A DNA stretch of 64,000 nucleotides from Yuukianura sp. NJ FZ-2021. Its lineage: Eukaryota. The DNA lies in the NCBI GenBank assembly GCA_046563655.1, contig CM102290.1, positions 10,974,001 to 11,038,000 on the forward strand. Direction: 5' to 3'. Below are positions 1 to 14,800 of this stretch, one piece after another. The stretch's first letter is position 1. Each line of letters opens with the position of its first letter. Made by a program: the position numbers and the translations under genes. Below the pieces are notes generated by a model, which was given only the letters and a program-made list of their open reading frames with translations, had not been told where the DNA came from and searched no databases.

Positions 1-3000
1 TCCCTCCCACCCCATTGTTCTCTTCATTTTTTTTTTCAATTTACCGTTGCAAACTTAGTAATCAAAAACACAAAAAATTGCAAAGAATTAATTCTGGTCT
101 CAAAACCTCATCACTGACAATGGAAAAAGAAAAAATGATTTTTTAGCTTCCCAAATAAGTCGAGCAATTAGAGCAATACAACCGCAAATTAATTTAGCAT
201 AAAGGAGGCTGTAAGAATGATTATTTTTGAAAACGCTTTTTTTTAGAAACGTCACCCTAAGCATTTGACACAAAAAACTGTGCATGCGCAGAAACCGTTT
301 TAAAGAAAAACCACAGGTAGGCTACGGAAGACATGCAGTTTTGGAACTGGTCCACATTTGGGGGAATGGGGAGGGGGCAGTTGACCCCTCGCTTGACCCC
401 TGAATGATGCAGTGGAAGTTGAAAGTGATTTATCGCTCAATCACTTACTCCGCCCCCTTTTTTGAATCTTCCCGCACTCTTGTACAATGCAGGATGAGAA
501 CACTTTTGATTGAATTTAATGGGCGAACAAAAGAAACACTTTTTGAATCAGGAAATTACAAGTGTTGGTGTGCTCATCTCTCTCCCTCTCACTGTAATTA
601 CAATGGACATAATGGAAATTGCCTCACATCATGATGGACACTGAATGTTAATGAAATAAACAATGATTGTTTATGGTTCAAGCTTCGTTGCAAACATTTT
701 CAAAAAAGTTTTCTCGCGCCAACTATCACACCCAAGATGCAGCCAGTACTATTTGGTCTAGTCTGGATCTGGATTTGAGTGATCCACTTTGAAGGGTTTC
801 CGTGTCTCATTTGTTTTCAACTAAAAAAAAATATCCCGCCGATTTTTAATTTCTGGGAGAAAAATTAGAACCGAGGTAAAAACCTCGGAATTTAAAAAAC
901 AAATCCACCATTTTTTATTTAAAATTCTCAAATAAAATTTTCTACTCCCTTTCTAACTTTTTTCAAGAAATTTTTTTTTCCAGATCTTACGAAAACTTGT
1001 GTTTCAGAAATTCAGGTTTCGAAATTGTTTCTATTTCTGAAATGCATAGAAGTTGGGACAGTTTTATGAAAACTCTTTAATGGCACTTTGGTACATGCTA
1101 AGACTTTTCTATTTGAGCAGTTTTTAGTAGAAAATTGAAAACGTTGTGCTCACTTCATGTAAATGTACTCCATGAGTCTAAATATAAATAAACAAATTAA
1201 CTAATAAAGCAAATCAAATTGAAAAAAAAATTAATGACAGGCGGATGTTATCATTAGGGTTCTGAAGGCCAAACTGTAGTGTCCGTGGCTGACTTTCTCT
1301 CTGCTTTCTTCTTGATTTGGGTTGTGGTGAGTTGTGCGCGTCTTAGCAATTGACTCAGCTATGTTTCTGACTCTAATTGAGTCTTCGTTTGTTCATGAAA
1401 ACTGAACTCTAGTGTTCCAAAACACTTGAGAACATCAGAACCAGAAGGAGGGAAAATTCAAACCCTTTCCAATCAACTCCCAAACAAGACGGATTCACAC
1501 ACGATGCAATTGTTACTCAAAGAGAAAAGAAAGCTTGGATGTGGAAGAAGACAAAACAATGTTATTCAAAAATTCAAAAGTTCCCTCTCCTCCTGACGAC
1601 GCCTGATTGATGGATTGGATCTCTGTGATTAGCCTGGGAAGTGGTCCAAGCCATGCAGGAATCCTGTCGATCCATCATCCTGACCCTCAGGACCATCCAT
1701 AGCCTATCGCTCAAGTTCAAATCCACCAGCGCTCTCCTTTTCCCGCCGCTTGCACACTACCAACCACTTGCAGCGGGAATTGAACAAAATTTAAATTCAA
1801 AAATTGACTTTCTTGCTTTTCCAGTGGCATTGCCAACACACTAGTAACTTTTGTGTTTCCTAACTCCCGCCGCACTATCATCTTCAAAAGTGACGCACTC
1901 TGTCATTCGAAATGAATCTGGTAGTGACGGACAGTTGATGATGGATTGGGGTCTAATTGAATTCGGAAAATCCAAAATGGCGCCAAATTCAATTGATTCC
2001 GATGTCTCAGTTCTAGCCATAAGAAGAAGATAAAAGAGGGAATTATATTGACATAGGGAAATCATTTAAGATTCGATTTGTGTAATGCTATGTTGCGTTC
2101 ATACCAACATCATGTTTTTATTAGTATGTACTGTAGTAATACTAGTACATATATTAGTATACACCATTTTCTTTTAAATTACAAATTGTTAAATTTCACT
2201 CAATATAATTGCTAATATTATTCACACGCTATTTGTGAATGCTACGTTATGTTTATGCGTATTGCCTATTTTTGTAGATGAGATAAATTATTAAGTGAGG
2301 TCAGGAGTGTACTTGAAGTGAAAGCAAATTCAAAGGGCCCTTGGGACGTAACATTGTTGTGTGGACTCAAGCTGAGTGGGTCAGAAATTCCATTCGGCGG
2401 TAAAATTTAAACAAGCATGAAAACATATTGCCTCCATGACACTGACGGACTATACTGACAGTTAGACTCTACGTATTGCATTTCAATGAAGCCGAGTAAC
2501 AAGGTTGTAAACATTGAAAAAAATAATTAATGTTGTTATCAAATACCACCAAGATCCGAGTAACAAATTTAATAAATGAAATAGTAAATTTCATTTCCAT
2601 ACCGAAAAGAAAGTATGCTAACCCCAACTTTTTCTAAAGAAAAAGGAGAAAATTGTTGCAGGGATCGAAACAGCGACGAAGTCCTATAAAGTTACACTGT
2701 CAGCAGAACTTCCCCAGTTGCATCTCCCCCACTTCTTCCCCACCCCCACTCCAGCTCTCCCCCTCCAGTTCTACTTTCATCACGGAAACTGGAGCTGGGG
2801 GTTCGATTCCAGCTCGGTTCAAAGAACAAGCAGTGGTTGCATTGCTTTCTGCACAAGAAATGATTTGACTTGTATCTTTCCTTTCTCTCTACCCCTCCAG
2901 AACTTGAGTTTGATGGAGAGTTTTTGGGGGGTGAGGGGGCGGTGTGGGGGTGGGGATGGTGGGGGAGGACTGAATGAAAGGCCAGAGACGCGCCTTCTTT

Positions 3001-4099
3001 TAAATGAAGAACAAGGAAGAGGCATAGTCTGACGGATAGAAATCGATGCGGAGCAATTCGTTTTTTCGGCGGGTGATGTGACTACCCTAACCTTATGTCT
3101 TTCTCTTTCCTCGACTTCCGAGGAACAAATCCTTCCTCAACAACTTCTGTCCTTGTCACCACTCTCGGAACATTTGAAAATGTCGGAAATTGCCACATTT
3201 TTTTGGTTTCAAATGAACCCGGGGTTGTTCATATATTACGCAATCACGCATTGCCCTCCGGGGTGAATTTGGGTACTCCATGCTCTTGTAATTTAATCTT
3301 TCAGACTTCACTAGACTCAAAAATTCAATCAATACACGCCCTGTTTTTTGTTCCGTTGCGAAAGTAAACAACTGCCAATTTTTTAATGTAAAAACAAGAT
3401 ATGCTTCTTTTTGTTTTGTTTAACCAAATTGTTAACGTTGTTTTTCCAAAAAGAATGTTCTTCTTTTAAGTCATTTGTTTTTGTGCTAAAGGGACTTTCA
3501 CCTCTTGATGTTTTGCAATGAAAGTCCACTTCGAAAGATGAGTTTTCCTGGACATATCTCGGCTTTCTGGACCAACAAGTAAAGGACGGACGGTTTTGGC
3601 AGATTAGTTTACGTTTGGTATCCGTTCAGCACCATATTTATGGCCTGTCTACAAGTATCCGAGCAAAAGAGTCCAGGCATGGTGGCATTTGAGGTTTTGC
3701 ATGACTCAACTGCTGTTGCTAGAGAATTTCCTTATGAAGTCCCATTTTATTACCTATTGAAAACGGTGTAAGATGGATTAGTGTTCTTTTGACATACTGT
3801 GGGCAGCGCACTAACTTCTCATGGACCACCGCAAATCACCATCATGTCCTCCCGCACTTGTGTCCAAACTGGCACATACAAATCATAAATTCATTCCTTT
3901 CAATTTTCCCCCATATTGGGAGGCACAATTTATGGATTCCATTATCGAAGGAGCAGCGGGAATTATTTTCAAAATCGCTATGAACACCGTTTTGTTTTAT
4001 GACTTCGGCAACGAAAAATGAAAATTCACATCCCTTTTTAGCGGAAAAAGAAATTTTACCGAGAGGTCTACCCTCTCACACTAGATAAAGCAGACGGCA

Positions 4100-4425
4100 A
4101 AATTACGAAAGAAATCGAAACATTTAAAACCGAAACTACAAAAGTGAAAGCATTAAATTAGTGAAACAACAATATAAAACAAAATAAAAAACAAAACGAA
4201 ATAAAACATTCGAAAATAGAAAAAAAAAGAAAAAAGAGAAACAATACCATAACACAACAAAGTAACAATTTTGACTAGTCAAGAAACTAAACAGGAAGTA
4301 ATTAGAACCAACGAAAAAGTTGAAAAAGGTGAAAGGTAGAAAAGAAAAGTGAAAAATGACAAAAACAAAAGTAAAGGTGACAGACTACTACTAAAGGTAA
4401 AAGTAAAAAAAAAGCACAGGAAAGA
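4100..4425. repeat. A-rich low-complexity tract
   Basis: About 300 bp dominated by A runs broken by single G/C/T bases. Confidence 0.7.
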
Positions 4426-7400
4426 ATTGATTTGGCGCGTAGTTTGTTCTAATGAACAAAGTAGTTAATCATTTTGTGAAATTAGTTGATTAATGGGGGA
4501 GGATGGGCTGCTGCCATTGGTTTGTGGGCCCGACAGATAAGAAACCGTGGGAATTCCCGACTAAGTTCAGCCAAAGAAAGTTCGTTTCTTACTTTCTCCC
4601 TTCCGCTCCTTGCTGCCCACCAGTCATAAATCACCGTCTCAACTTTCCCAAGGTGGGACTTTGGGGGCGGGGGTGGGGCAGTTGGCCCCAACTTTTTTGC
4701 ATGAACATCATGTTTGGTGTGCTACTTGGGAAAACAGTGTGTGAGAATTGGGGAGGGGGGTGGAGCAGCGTGTATAGTTTTTTCCATTACTTAAACTGAA
4801 ACTAAATCCTTAAGGATTTTCATAAGATACATTACTCATTTTCTACACAGAGACGAAGAGCATTTAGACACAATTTAAGAAAGCGGGAAAAAATTCTCAT
4901 GCGAAGTGTTCTCAAAGGCTATGAGAGGGCAAAGGTTTAGCGATTTTCCAGACAACTGTGTGAGTGGACTAGGATTCGACCCTAGGTCACATCCATTTAC
5001 TCCTTACTTCCACTCCACCAACCCTCGTAGTCGTCACCTTGTTTTCATTTGAGAACTCCCTAGAAATCCATGTAGTTTCTCTTATTAAGATGACTTTGTT
5101 TATTTTTACAAGGGACTCAACACTCCCTCTCCCTTCGTCCAATCAATCATCTTAAACCAAATGGACTCAATTTGAAATTTCAAATTGGAGCGCCTAATTC
5201 TCCCCCGCTATTCACTCATGTTCTTCATTTTTTGAAAATGGAGAACATAAACCATGTGGATAAGCCCTTAAGCTCCCTCAAAATAAGTAGAAATAAAACA
5301 ATCCCAGGAAATTCAAAAGTATTAACACAATTCTAACCTTAACATGAACTCAGTTTTTACACACAAAGAAATACAAAACCAAAATTTTTAAACTGCACAA
5401 GTCATAATTCAGTGTCTTTATAATCTCGTCACGGGTCATTTTTGGTCCTACGAAATTAAAAAAAATCATTTCAGGAGTTATAAATTTTGGAAAATTTGTG
5501 AACAGCATTTTTTCACAGTAGTAACTGAGAAATATTTGAATTCTTATTTTTGTGGGCTCCCAGTACAAAAAATGAAAACTCAATATAGAATGGAAATTCT
5601 CATGTCCTTCGCTAGGACATATGTCAGTTTGTGCCAAATTGAAACTTGTTGGGCATTTGAATTTTGGCGGGAGAACATTTCAATTTGAATTTTGGTGGAC
5701 TGTAAAGTCAAGTCAAGTGTCCGCTAAGTTCTCCAGAGACTTCCGGTTGACAAATTGGAGGATGGGGAGATGTCATGTCGCTTGTCACGTCAATTGGGTC
5801 ATCCAAGTCCCCCATATACCCTCTTCAGCCCAAAAGTCTAATGAGACCGCGCCACTTTTCAAAATTTCCCGCTTCTTTCAAATTTCAAGCGAAACTCCTC
5901 GTTCTGGGTTAATTGAATTCCCTTGTGACTCCAATTTTGAACGTGTTGCTCAGTTGTTTCCAAATCAAAATAAACAACCAGAATCAAAATAAAGCCGAGC
6001 TGAGTTCAAGGGTCCTTGAAGTCTATCTCGCCCCCTCCAGTGACAGTTGTGTCCACGGTGCAACGGCGACTGTTTTTGGAAAAGGGCCGGGAGACTTTTT
6101 GAAAACTACGGTGGCGCTCTTTTTTGAAAATTGCGGTGAAAGTGAGTTGTGCCTCCGTGTAACTCAATTAGGACTAATGCTGATTCCGCATCTGTCCTCA
6201 AGGGATAAGGACTGACGAAACCAAACTGAACAGAGTGAGGTACACAGTTCTACTTGAGTTCAAAATTGGGGGCCCTTGAGACGTGACCTTTGACCCCTTG
6301 CGTTCCAGATCCCTCTTGGTTGGGTTAGGTTAGGCTAGGCTAGCCTTTGACCTGTCGAAACATCCCTCTTCCTCCAGTGACTAATTGGGTAGGATTAGTC
6401 CAGAGGCAGACAGAAAATGACATATGCCTGCGGAAGAAGACCCTTAAGGGTACTTAGGCTTCCCGCCCATGTGGTCACTCCCGGTGGTCAGACGGTGCAC
6501 GAACCACGCATGCGCTCTTCTTCCTTCGGGTTGTTAACGAGCCATGTCAAATCCGGTGCACTTTTTTTGAAGTTTTTGTTGTAGCATCTTTGAAAAATAC
6601 GTTTTTTCAGATTTCAGGAAAAACCCACAGGCAAAGAACAGCTTCTCTTGGTGAAAATTTCAGCTACGTTTTTTTTAAAGAAATTAAAATCTAACCAGTA
6701 AAGAAATTTCTTACGTAATTCCAGTTCTATTCAAGGTTAAAAAAAAGTAACATTCCCACATTTTGCATTTCACTTCAACGCGGATGACTTCAATGAATAC
6801 TGATCAAATAAAAAAAAATTGTGTTCATTTTGAAATTTAAAAAGATTAATAGCGAAAATCCACTTTTAGAAAAAACCTTAAACGTTAAAGCTGAATACCA
6901 TTTTTGTTACTATTTGCTTTTCAGATTTGTGGAACAGGAACGCTGATCCATGGGAATTGAAGGATAAGAGATATCGGAAGAGGAAAAGACTGTTTTGTTA
7001 GTCTTTGAAATTTCTTGAAATGGCGCGGAGAATTGAATTTTCAAAAATGCCGCCATCAAAAGCCACTTCACTGCCCACCCTCGCCATCGAACACTGTCCT
7101 GTGTAGTGCTCTGTAGTGGCCGTTTGTTTTGATGGAAGGGAGAGTGACGGCCACTTTATTTATTGGGATTAAGGCATCGTCCCTTGAGTAAACACTAAAA
7201 GGCAACAAGACGCTTTTACTACCCTATACCAAATAGGTCAACACCAAAATCATCAGCAACAATTTGGTCAACAAAATGGCAGACGACCAAGGGTCCTCCT
7301 CAATCCATTTTCTCCGAAACTGTTGTTGATCTAATTTGGAGTTGACCAAATTCTTGTTTATGAAATCACAACTGACCTCTGGAGCTTCAAGTTGATCAAG

Positions 7401-10400
7401 TCCAGAAAAGCAGCCTCTGTTCAAGTGACCTCTTCTCAATTCCCTCTGAGACTTTGGCGGGGAAAAAAGATGAAATGGGATTCAAAATTTCCCGCTCTCC
7501 CCTCCACAGCGTCTTTGCTACAAATTTTCCTTTTGCTCAAGTGTCATTGATTGGTCCACAGAGACTAGAAAGTGCAAAGAATCAACACTCAGCAAAAACT
7601 TTGAACTTTGACCTGCCCTTCCCGTCAAACCAAAGTAGGAGGGGAAAGCGCGAAAAAGTGCTGGGAAAATTCAAATGGTACCATCTGCCAACTTAAGATC
7701 CATTTCACCAGAAAAAGCGCCAGGAAATTCAAAATTTAAATCTCCTGGACAAATCTTCACAGTGGAAGTGTCACAGTTACTTTACAGAAAAAAGGAGAGA
7801 AGCTTTGAATTATTTGAATTTTTGAGCAAAAAGGAACTGAAAGGTGGCACTACTCACTCTCTCATTTGTTGAACTCCAAAGCACCGCTTATTCTTTTGTA
7901 CAATTCAAGAAAAATGGACTCTGTGCTGAGTGGTTTCAATCAAAAGGAGATTCTCCGATTGGTTAGAAGCGATTCAGCGATTTTGTTCAAACGGATTCAG
8001 CGATTGGTCCATTTTTCTTCCTTTAGCAAAAGCACCTGCTTGAGTAAGTGGCTGCACTTTGACAAGTTGCGTTCTTTCAGAGCTTGACAGAGTGAACTGC
8101 TATGCATTAGCATTTGCTTACGATGGGAACTGACATGGGGGGATGGGGTGAATTTGAGTAAACCCCGAAAAGAAGTGAGATTTGGGTGGAGTGCAATAGG
8201 GGGTACGGTTGTCAGGGGGTGGAAATTGTAATTTCCATTCATTAGTTTGACCTATTGACCCGAAGAAGAGCTAGGAAGGGAAGTGACTGTCTTGTATTTG
8301 TCTTGGATCGTCCATTTGTGGAGATGGAGATGACAAGATTAGGGTGTGAGGGACATCCACCAGCCCAACGGAGACTCATCCATCAAATTCAATAAGGGAT
8401 CAACAGGGGTACTTGAAGGGTCCACACAAGATCCATTTCCTGGAAGAATAAAAAAGAGTACGAAAGGGACTTGGGAACGCCAACTCTGAATTCTGAGAAT
8501 GTTGAAACAAGATTCCAAAATCTCACCTCACACCCTCATGCCTAACCACCACCATCATCTCCCATTAATTACAAACGACTCTTCATCTTCTCACAGATCA
8601 GAGATCACTTTCACACCTAACAACACTCGTTCACGTCCAAAAAGGAAATTTCATTCAAACAGTTCAAAAGAAAGGTTAACGAAAAATATGTTCTAAAAAG
8701 TCATGAAAACGCAGAGAAAAAGATAAGAAAGTTTCGGTTTTTCAGTTTTTCTTCCTTGACTTTTTTGAAGTTTGAAAATTTTTCATATGCGTAGTCTAGT
8801 CTTTTTTCTGCATGCAACTTCATTGCTCTGCTTTAGAATTTCTGGAAAAGAGAGATTTTGCTTAGATTCTAAATTTTTTCTTCAAACATTTTTGAAATTC
8901 CGGTTTGAGAAAACCCGACAACTGGAAGCTCTTCGGCGTGAACTCTGGACCTATTTTTGGAAACTCTAAAAAACTCCAAAATTTTCAAAAACGGTTTTGG
9001 GTTTAAAAATATTTGGGGCGACGTGAGACGGAGCTGCGTGTATGGTTTACACGGTTAAGGAATTTTGTTTTTGGAGATCCGTGTGACACTGTGTAGTACA
9101 ATTGACATGAAAAGCATGAAGGTGTCAAGATCATTACTCCGCAAACATGACATTTGAATCATGTCCCAAAACAAAAGTGACTGACGCGCATGAACTTTGA
9201 GAATCTTCTGTCAGGTCAACTCACCTGGCTAAAACACAAATAATCTTGACTCATGGCTAGACGACTCATGACTCATGAGTCAACACTTGAGCTCATAATT
9301 TGTTATGGCTATCCGGGAATCATAAAAGGCCCAGTTGTAATAAAAAGTAAAAATTATTCTTTTTTGTTTCATAAAACTTTAGTGTCAGGAATTCACAACG
9401 ACTCTGCTCATCCCAATTATTATTCTCCAAGGTTATGCGCGGACTGGCAAAATGCAGTCTGCGCATGATCCAAGTGACTCCTGCGAAGTTTTGGCACCAA
9501 GGAAGATGGATTGCACTGTTTGATATGCCAGGTCAGGTTTCGGACAATGTTGTAAAGTAATTGAATAGGGAGGTCATCACAGGTGAAACTTAGAGTAACG
9601 AGGGAGGAGGAAATTGGCAGTAAAAAGATGCAATTAACGTGGATGTAGGTAGGTAGTTGAGCAAAGGGAAAATTTAAAAAAAAAACAAATTGGAGAGTGA
9701 AATTCAAAAGGAAACCAGTTTTTTTAACGTTTTTTTTTTGAAATGTCGTCGTGGGATGCCGTAAAAAACCTCTTTCGATTTGTCATCCTAGAAAAGGAGA
9801 CAGGGTGCGACGGACAGATCTCATCACCTCCATAAAACACATTTAAGGATGAGCAGAAAAATACAATAAATGACAGTACTAAAGTATGAAGGAAACGGAA
9901 CGTAAAAAACCCTCCGTTACTACTTTTTTTAAACAGAAAGAAAGTTTATTTTTCACAAAAAAAAGTTATGATCTGTCTACGCATGTTGTTTTTCCTTCTA
10001 ATTTTGAAGATCAGCTTCACCTCATCTTCTTAGAAGATGCAACTTTAACATTTCGTTTCGAAAAAAGGTGCGGGAAAAAATAGCGAATAAATCATCCCCC
10101 ATCTCCAGTTTCCTAATGGGAATAAGCCTGACTCTCCAGGTGAGACTTTATGTTGGGGTTTGTAAGGTGACCCCTTTAAGGGGTTCGGGGTCAAAGGGCC
10201 CCCCTCAACCCCGCACCCCACAAATTGAGCTCCAGTGTCCGTTATGACCAGCAGGGGGAAGAAGACAGTTTAGGTGGACCTTAAGTGTTCTTTATGTGGA
10301 GGGTTGATGGGGTCATGTTCATTTTCTCACAGTGGTGGGCCTCTGGATCATAACCCGTCGTCCGCCGCCAAGATTTGAATCTTTCTTGAAAAAATTCAAG

Positions 10401-11786
10401 GTGGGCTCAAGTGGTATAGAGTTACGCAACGCTCCGCTTTCCAAAACGTCCTACAAATTTTAGTTTTTTTTTTCGTTTAGTTGATGCTGCCCAAAGTGCC
10501 TTGACAACCGAATTGTATTTCCTACAACAGGTTGTCCAATAACTCGGGGTTTTTCAAAAATCTTGCTTCTCAATATTCTATTTACCTTGGCTTCAAACAA
10601 TTTTCCCCCCAATTTTGTTTATGCTTTTTTCTCCATTTTTTTTTCAAAGTAAATCGCACAGGAATATAAAAAAAAAGTGAACATAAGCCAAGCCAAAATT
10701 GTGAAAGAAATGGAGTTGAAGTTTAACCGTTTTCATTTTTCAAAATTTTGCAAGAATTTGAGAAACCGGATTTATTGGACAATCTGTTGTAGAAAAAACA
10801 TTTTCTTTGTTTACGAACCTTGATGTTGCCTTTCAGATTTATGAAATGCTGTTTGAAAATTTGAGCTTGCGAAACTGTTTAGTGCAAGTTTTGAGTTCGT
10901 GCTCTCACATCGCACTTCCAAAGCTGCCACCCAAGTAATTTGGGGGTGAAAGTGAAAAAAAATGTTGTAAAAACACTTCAATTTGTCTCTTCTTACTGAA
11001 AGATTAGACTTGTAAATTGGTAAAAGAGGGTAGGTCACGGAAAAGTGATTTTTTTTGTAAGTCCAAACAAGATTTGCATTTGGAAAAAAATTTGAACATG
11101 GTCCACAGAGTTGAATTGGGGATTTAACAATTTTGAAATTTCCACAACTGATCTCTCAGCCTCACTTTCGAGAAGATCATCTTTTTGCATTAGTCTCACA
11201 TGAAACCGGAATTCAAATGATTGAATCCCACCAAGATTCATTGACTCTCACGTTAATAGCTTCTGAGTCCAAAGAAAAAGTGCCGACAACGGCCGTTCTT
11301 ATTCTTATGGCGGAACATAACTTACCGTAAAACGTCTAATAAACCCCGTCAAATATAATACCGCCAGAATCAAGAAAGGCCAAAGATACAACCTTCGAGC
11401 TCTTGTTAGAAGTTTTACGGTATTTGCCATTAGATCCACTTCATCGTTTCTCGCCCTTTTAGTCATGTCCCTAACTCTCAAGTGCTAAAAACTTCCTCAG
11501 CAGAATGAAATTTAATGCCTGGTTATGTTAATTTTGTGCATGAATTTAAGTTTTGTAAGTCATTACTGCCTTGGCGAAAGGAATTGGTTTTTTAGAGGCC
11601 CTTAAGTACCCTCTGGACACATTTGCTCCACGGACACCCGCAGGGCTAATGAACCTGGCCCTCTCCAGGGAGTCAGTATCTTTTTGTTCGAAATCGTACT
11701 TAAACTGATACGGTGAATCCCACTACTTCAGATTATGTGTTAACGGGTTACGGAATTTGAGGTTTTCAAAAACGAAAATACTGCAA

Positions 11787-11862
11787 GGGAGCCCTTGAGA
11801 ACCGAAGATTCTGGACGGGAGCCCTTGAGAGTCAAAAAATTATGGATGGTAGCCCTTTAAGA
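11787..11862. repeat. Short ~30-bp tandem repeat (2.5 copies)
   Basis: GGGAGCCCTTGAGA at 11787 and 11817; GGTAGCCCTTTAAGA at 11848. Confidence 0.7.
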
Positions 11863-14800
11863 TTAGGAAGGGACTTGTTGAGATATCCGAGACAACGGAA
11901 TAAAGTAAAAGATCCTATATTTTAGAAATCCGGTTTGTGTGTGACTGAAGGCCCCACAGAGTCGAGAGGTCAAAGGTCACAAAGGAAGATGAAGGCTTGA
12001 AGCACTTGGACCAGGTCAGAAGTCACTGAAGAAGTCTTGAGAAGATGTTTTAAAGTTACAAAAAATGACATCAACGAGGGAAGCACTGTTGATGTAACTT
12101 GTTCATTGTGTAAAAACTTCCTCCTTCCAACGCAAGTGTAGAGTTCCATACTGCTCACGAGAGTCGGATCGAAACGGATTTTTATGACATAAAAATAATT
12201 TCGAAAAATTTTCGAAAAGAAACAAGGAAAAAGCGAAGCATTATCGTCGTAAATAACTTTTTCAACTGATTCGATTTCAAAACGAACTAGTGATTAAAAA
12301 TCGAACCGGACGGAACCATTCATACTGAATTCTAAAAACAGTTCGGCTGATATCGCACGGAACCGACCATAAAAACCACGGCAAACCGGTATAGAGGCGT
12401 TCGAACCAAAACGACACAATACCGAACATCATTTCGATCCATGTGATGTTCCTATGAGTTGTGACTTTTTGATGGAGAACGAGATTCACTTGACACTAAT
12501 TACCCCCTTTCCTCCTTTGGTTTTCTAACACGTCTTTTTCCTCAAAAAACTTCATCTTCTTCCTAATGCATACAAAGAAATAAGATGAATTTCAAAAAGT
12601 CGCGCCTTCTGACACTTTCAAACTGCCACGCCAAGGAGCCAACATTCAAACGCACTTTCGTTAGCACTTAAGTTGGTTGCTACTGGTGAAAGATCCCACG
12701 TCAATCTTCTTGTGCCGCTGGTGATGGACAGGACAGTCGAGAGAGCATTTTGACATGTCATGCGCTTCTCACCAGCAATAGCTTTTTAATTCATTTCCAC
12801 TTTTCGCTCCAAATTTCAAATTTGCAAGTTCATAGGATTTTCTATAGATTTGAGTCATTCATTGTTGACTCTCTCGAAGAGGACGCGGGAAGGAAGTTGA
12901 TCCAATTCTGTAACTGTCAACTGCATTATTCGCGGCGGTTTGTTTGAATTTGGCGGTGGTTAATCTATGGAAAGTCAAATACACTTTAGAACTGATTAGG
13001 AACCTACATTGTTATACTCAAATTCCAATGTTACCTTCTGATGTGGCTACAAAATGTTTACTCCAGTTAAAAAAGACCGCCGAGATTTGAATTTGTTTAG
13101 ATTCGAAATTAACCGCCTAGTATTTGAACAGGGGAGCAATGAACCAAGAATTTTCAACTGCCGCCAATGTTCAAATAAACCGCTCCCATTAAATGTCCAC
13201 TTTTTACTTCCCGTCATTTCAAAAGAAAAACAGGAACTGTGACCGGACACTTATGGGCGGACATCCATGATTCATTGAGGGAGGACCGACAGTCATGGAC
13301 GGATATGAATAGACGTTTTGTGTGGATAAAACGTTTGAGAACGTTTTAGTTGTTTTCCGCAATTCCTCGACAATTGTGAACGGACATGGCAGGACGGTTC
13401 ACTTCTGGACGGAAACTGTAGAGCTGATACACTTATATTTATGGACAAGTTTATACTGTTAACATTACGTTGAGGTTTCACTAGCGTATACATCCCTCCA
13501 TAAGAATACTGGTTCAAAAATTTCCGTCCATGAGGATCATGCACTTCCCAGAAATGAACCAAAAGTTCTAAAATTTTATTCACTACGCATGAGTAGATTG
13601 TTCATGTGCAGTAAACGACGGGCGTATGGGCTTTATGAGGTAGTTACACTGTTTTAGTGGAGGGAAATTTTGAAAACAAATTGTCAATAAAAGCTAAGTT
13701 TTAGTGACAAGATGAGTCATGCGACTAGTCCTGACCTTTGACACGGTTCGATCCTTACGTCATGTACAACAAAAGTTATACTTTTTAATGGACGGTTTCT
13801 TATGTGTGTGAACCGGATAGTTTTTAAGTTTTCTTTTAGTCAAACAGAAGATATGGACGATTTCTTTGAAATGCTTGTACAGCAGATTGCCTCTTATCAA
13901 AAGACGAATCCCAGAAGGGAAGTTTTTCAAAAAACTTTTTCAAAATTCTTTTTTTTTAATTTTTTGTTCGAAGGCGTTGAATGACTTCCTGATGATCGTT
14001 GAGGTTCACCCTATAGGTCACACAAGGTCAAGCCCTAGTGACAGTTTAGTCAATCTCGAAAAAAGATTAACAATGTTCCTAACCTTGTTAAAATTTTAAC
14101 TCGACATTCTTAACTGCCTTTTCATCTTCAATTTTTGAAATTGACGCGCCCCAAGTTAAAGCTTTTCTTTAAATTTTCAAATTTGGTTTAAAAAAATTCA
14201 TTCATTTTTTTAAGTCTTGTGATATTGAGCAGAACAGAATGTGCTGAAGGGCTTTAAAAAACCAAAACAAAATTTGGAAGGGTTGCGTGATTCCACTTTG
14301 TTTAAATTCAATTTTTGGAAACAAAAAAGACGATTTGTTTGAAATTTATCACTTCAATTTATTTTCAAAATGCACTTTTTCAAAAAAGAAATTCTTTTAG
14401 ATCCTTGTAATTCACTTTTTTTCATAAAGCTTCAACGTTTCTAGTTCCAAAATTTCAAATTACCATCAAACTTCTAGAAAAAATGATGTGTGAACTAATT
14501 TAACAATTTTCAAAAACGCGTTTCCGAAGTTTGCAAAATTTCGGTTTTAACTTCGATACAAAATTGAAGAGGAGATTTACGGCTTTCTGCTTTCAAAATT
14601 TTGAAATAACCATTTCGCAACCAAAAAATTAAAATTGGCTCCAAAATTTGAGCTTGTACGGTTAATTATTGAGCTGTGTAGGAACAAGTGCTTTTACATG
14701 TATTTTTATGAAAGTATTCAAACATGAAAAAAAAAACGTAGTTAAAGAGGGGTGACTCCGTTAGTATCTATTTTTTGAATGTTTATCAAAGGAAGTATGG

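Noticed and set aside
6320..6345. TTAGG tracts (also ~45020, ~60183) as interstitial telomere
   Set aside because: Only 2-3 degenerate units each.
12166..12440. Possible MITE (GGATCGAAA...TTTCGATCC with AACCG-rich interior)
   Set aside because: Only a 9-bp IR and no TSD; plausible relic but not supportable.
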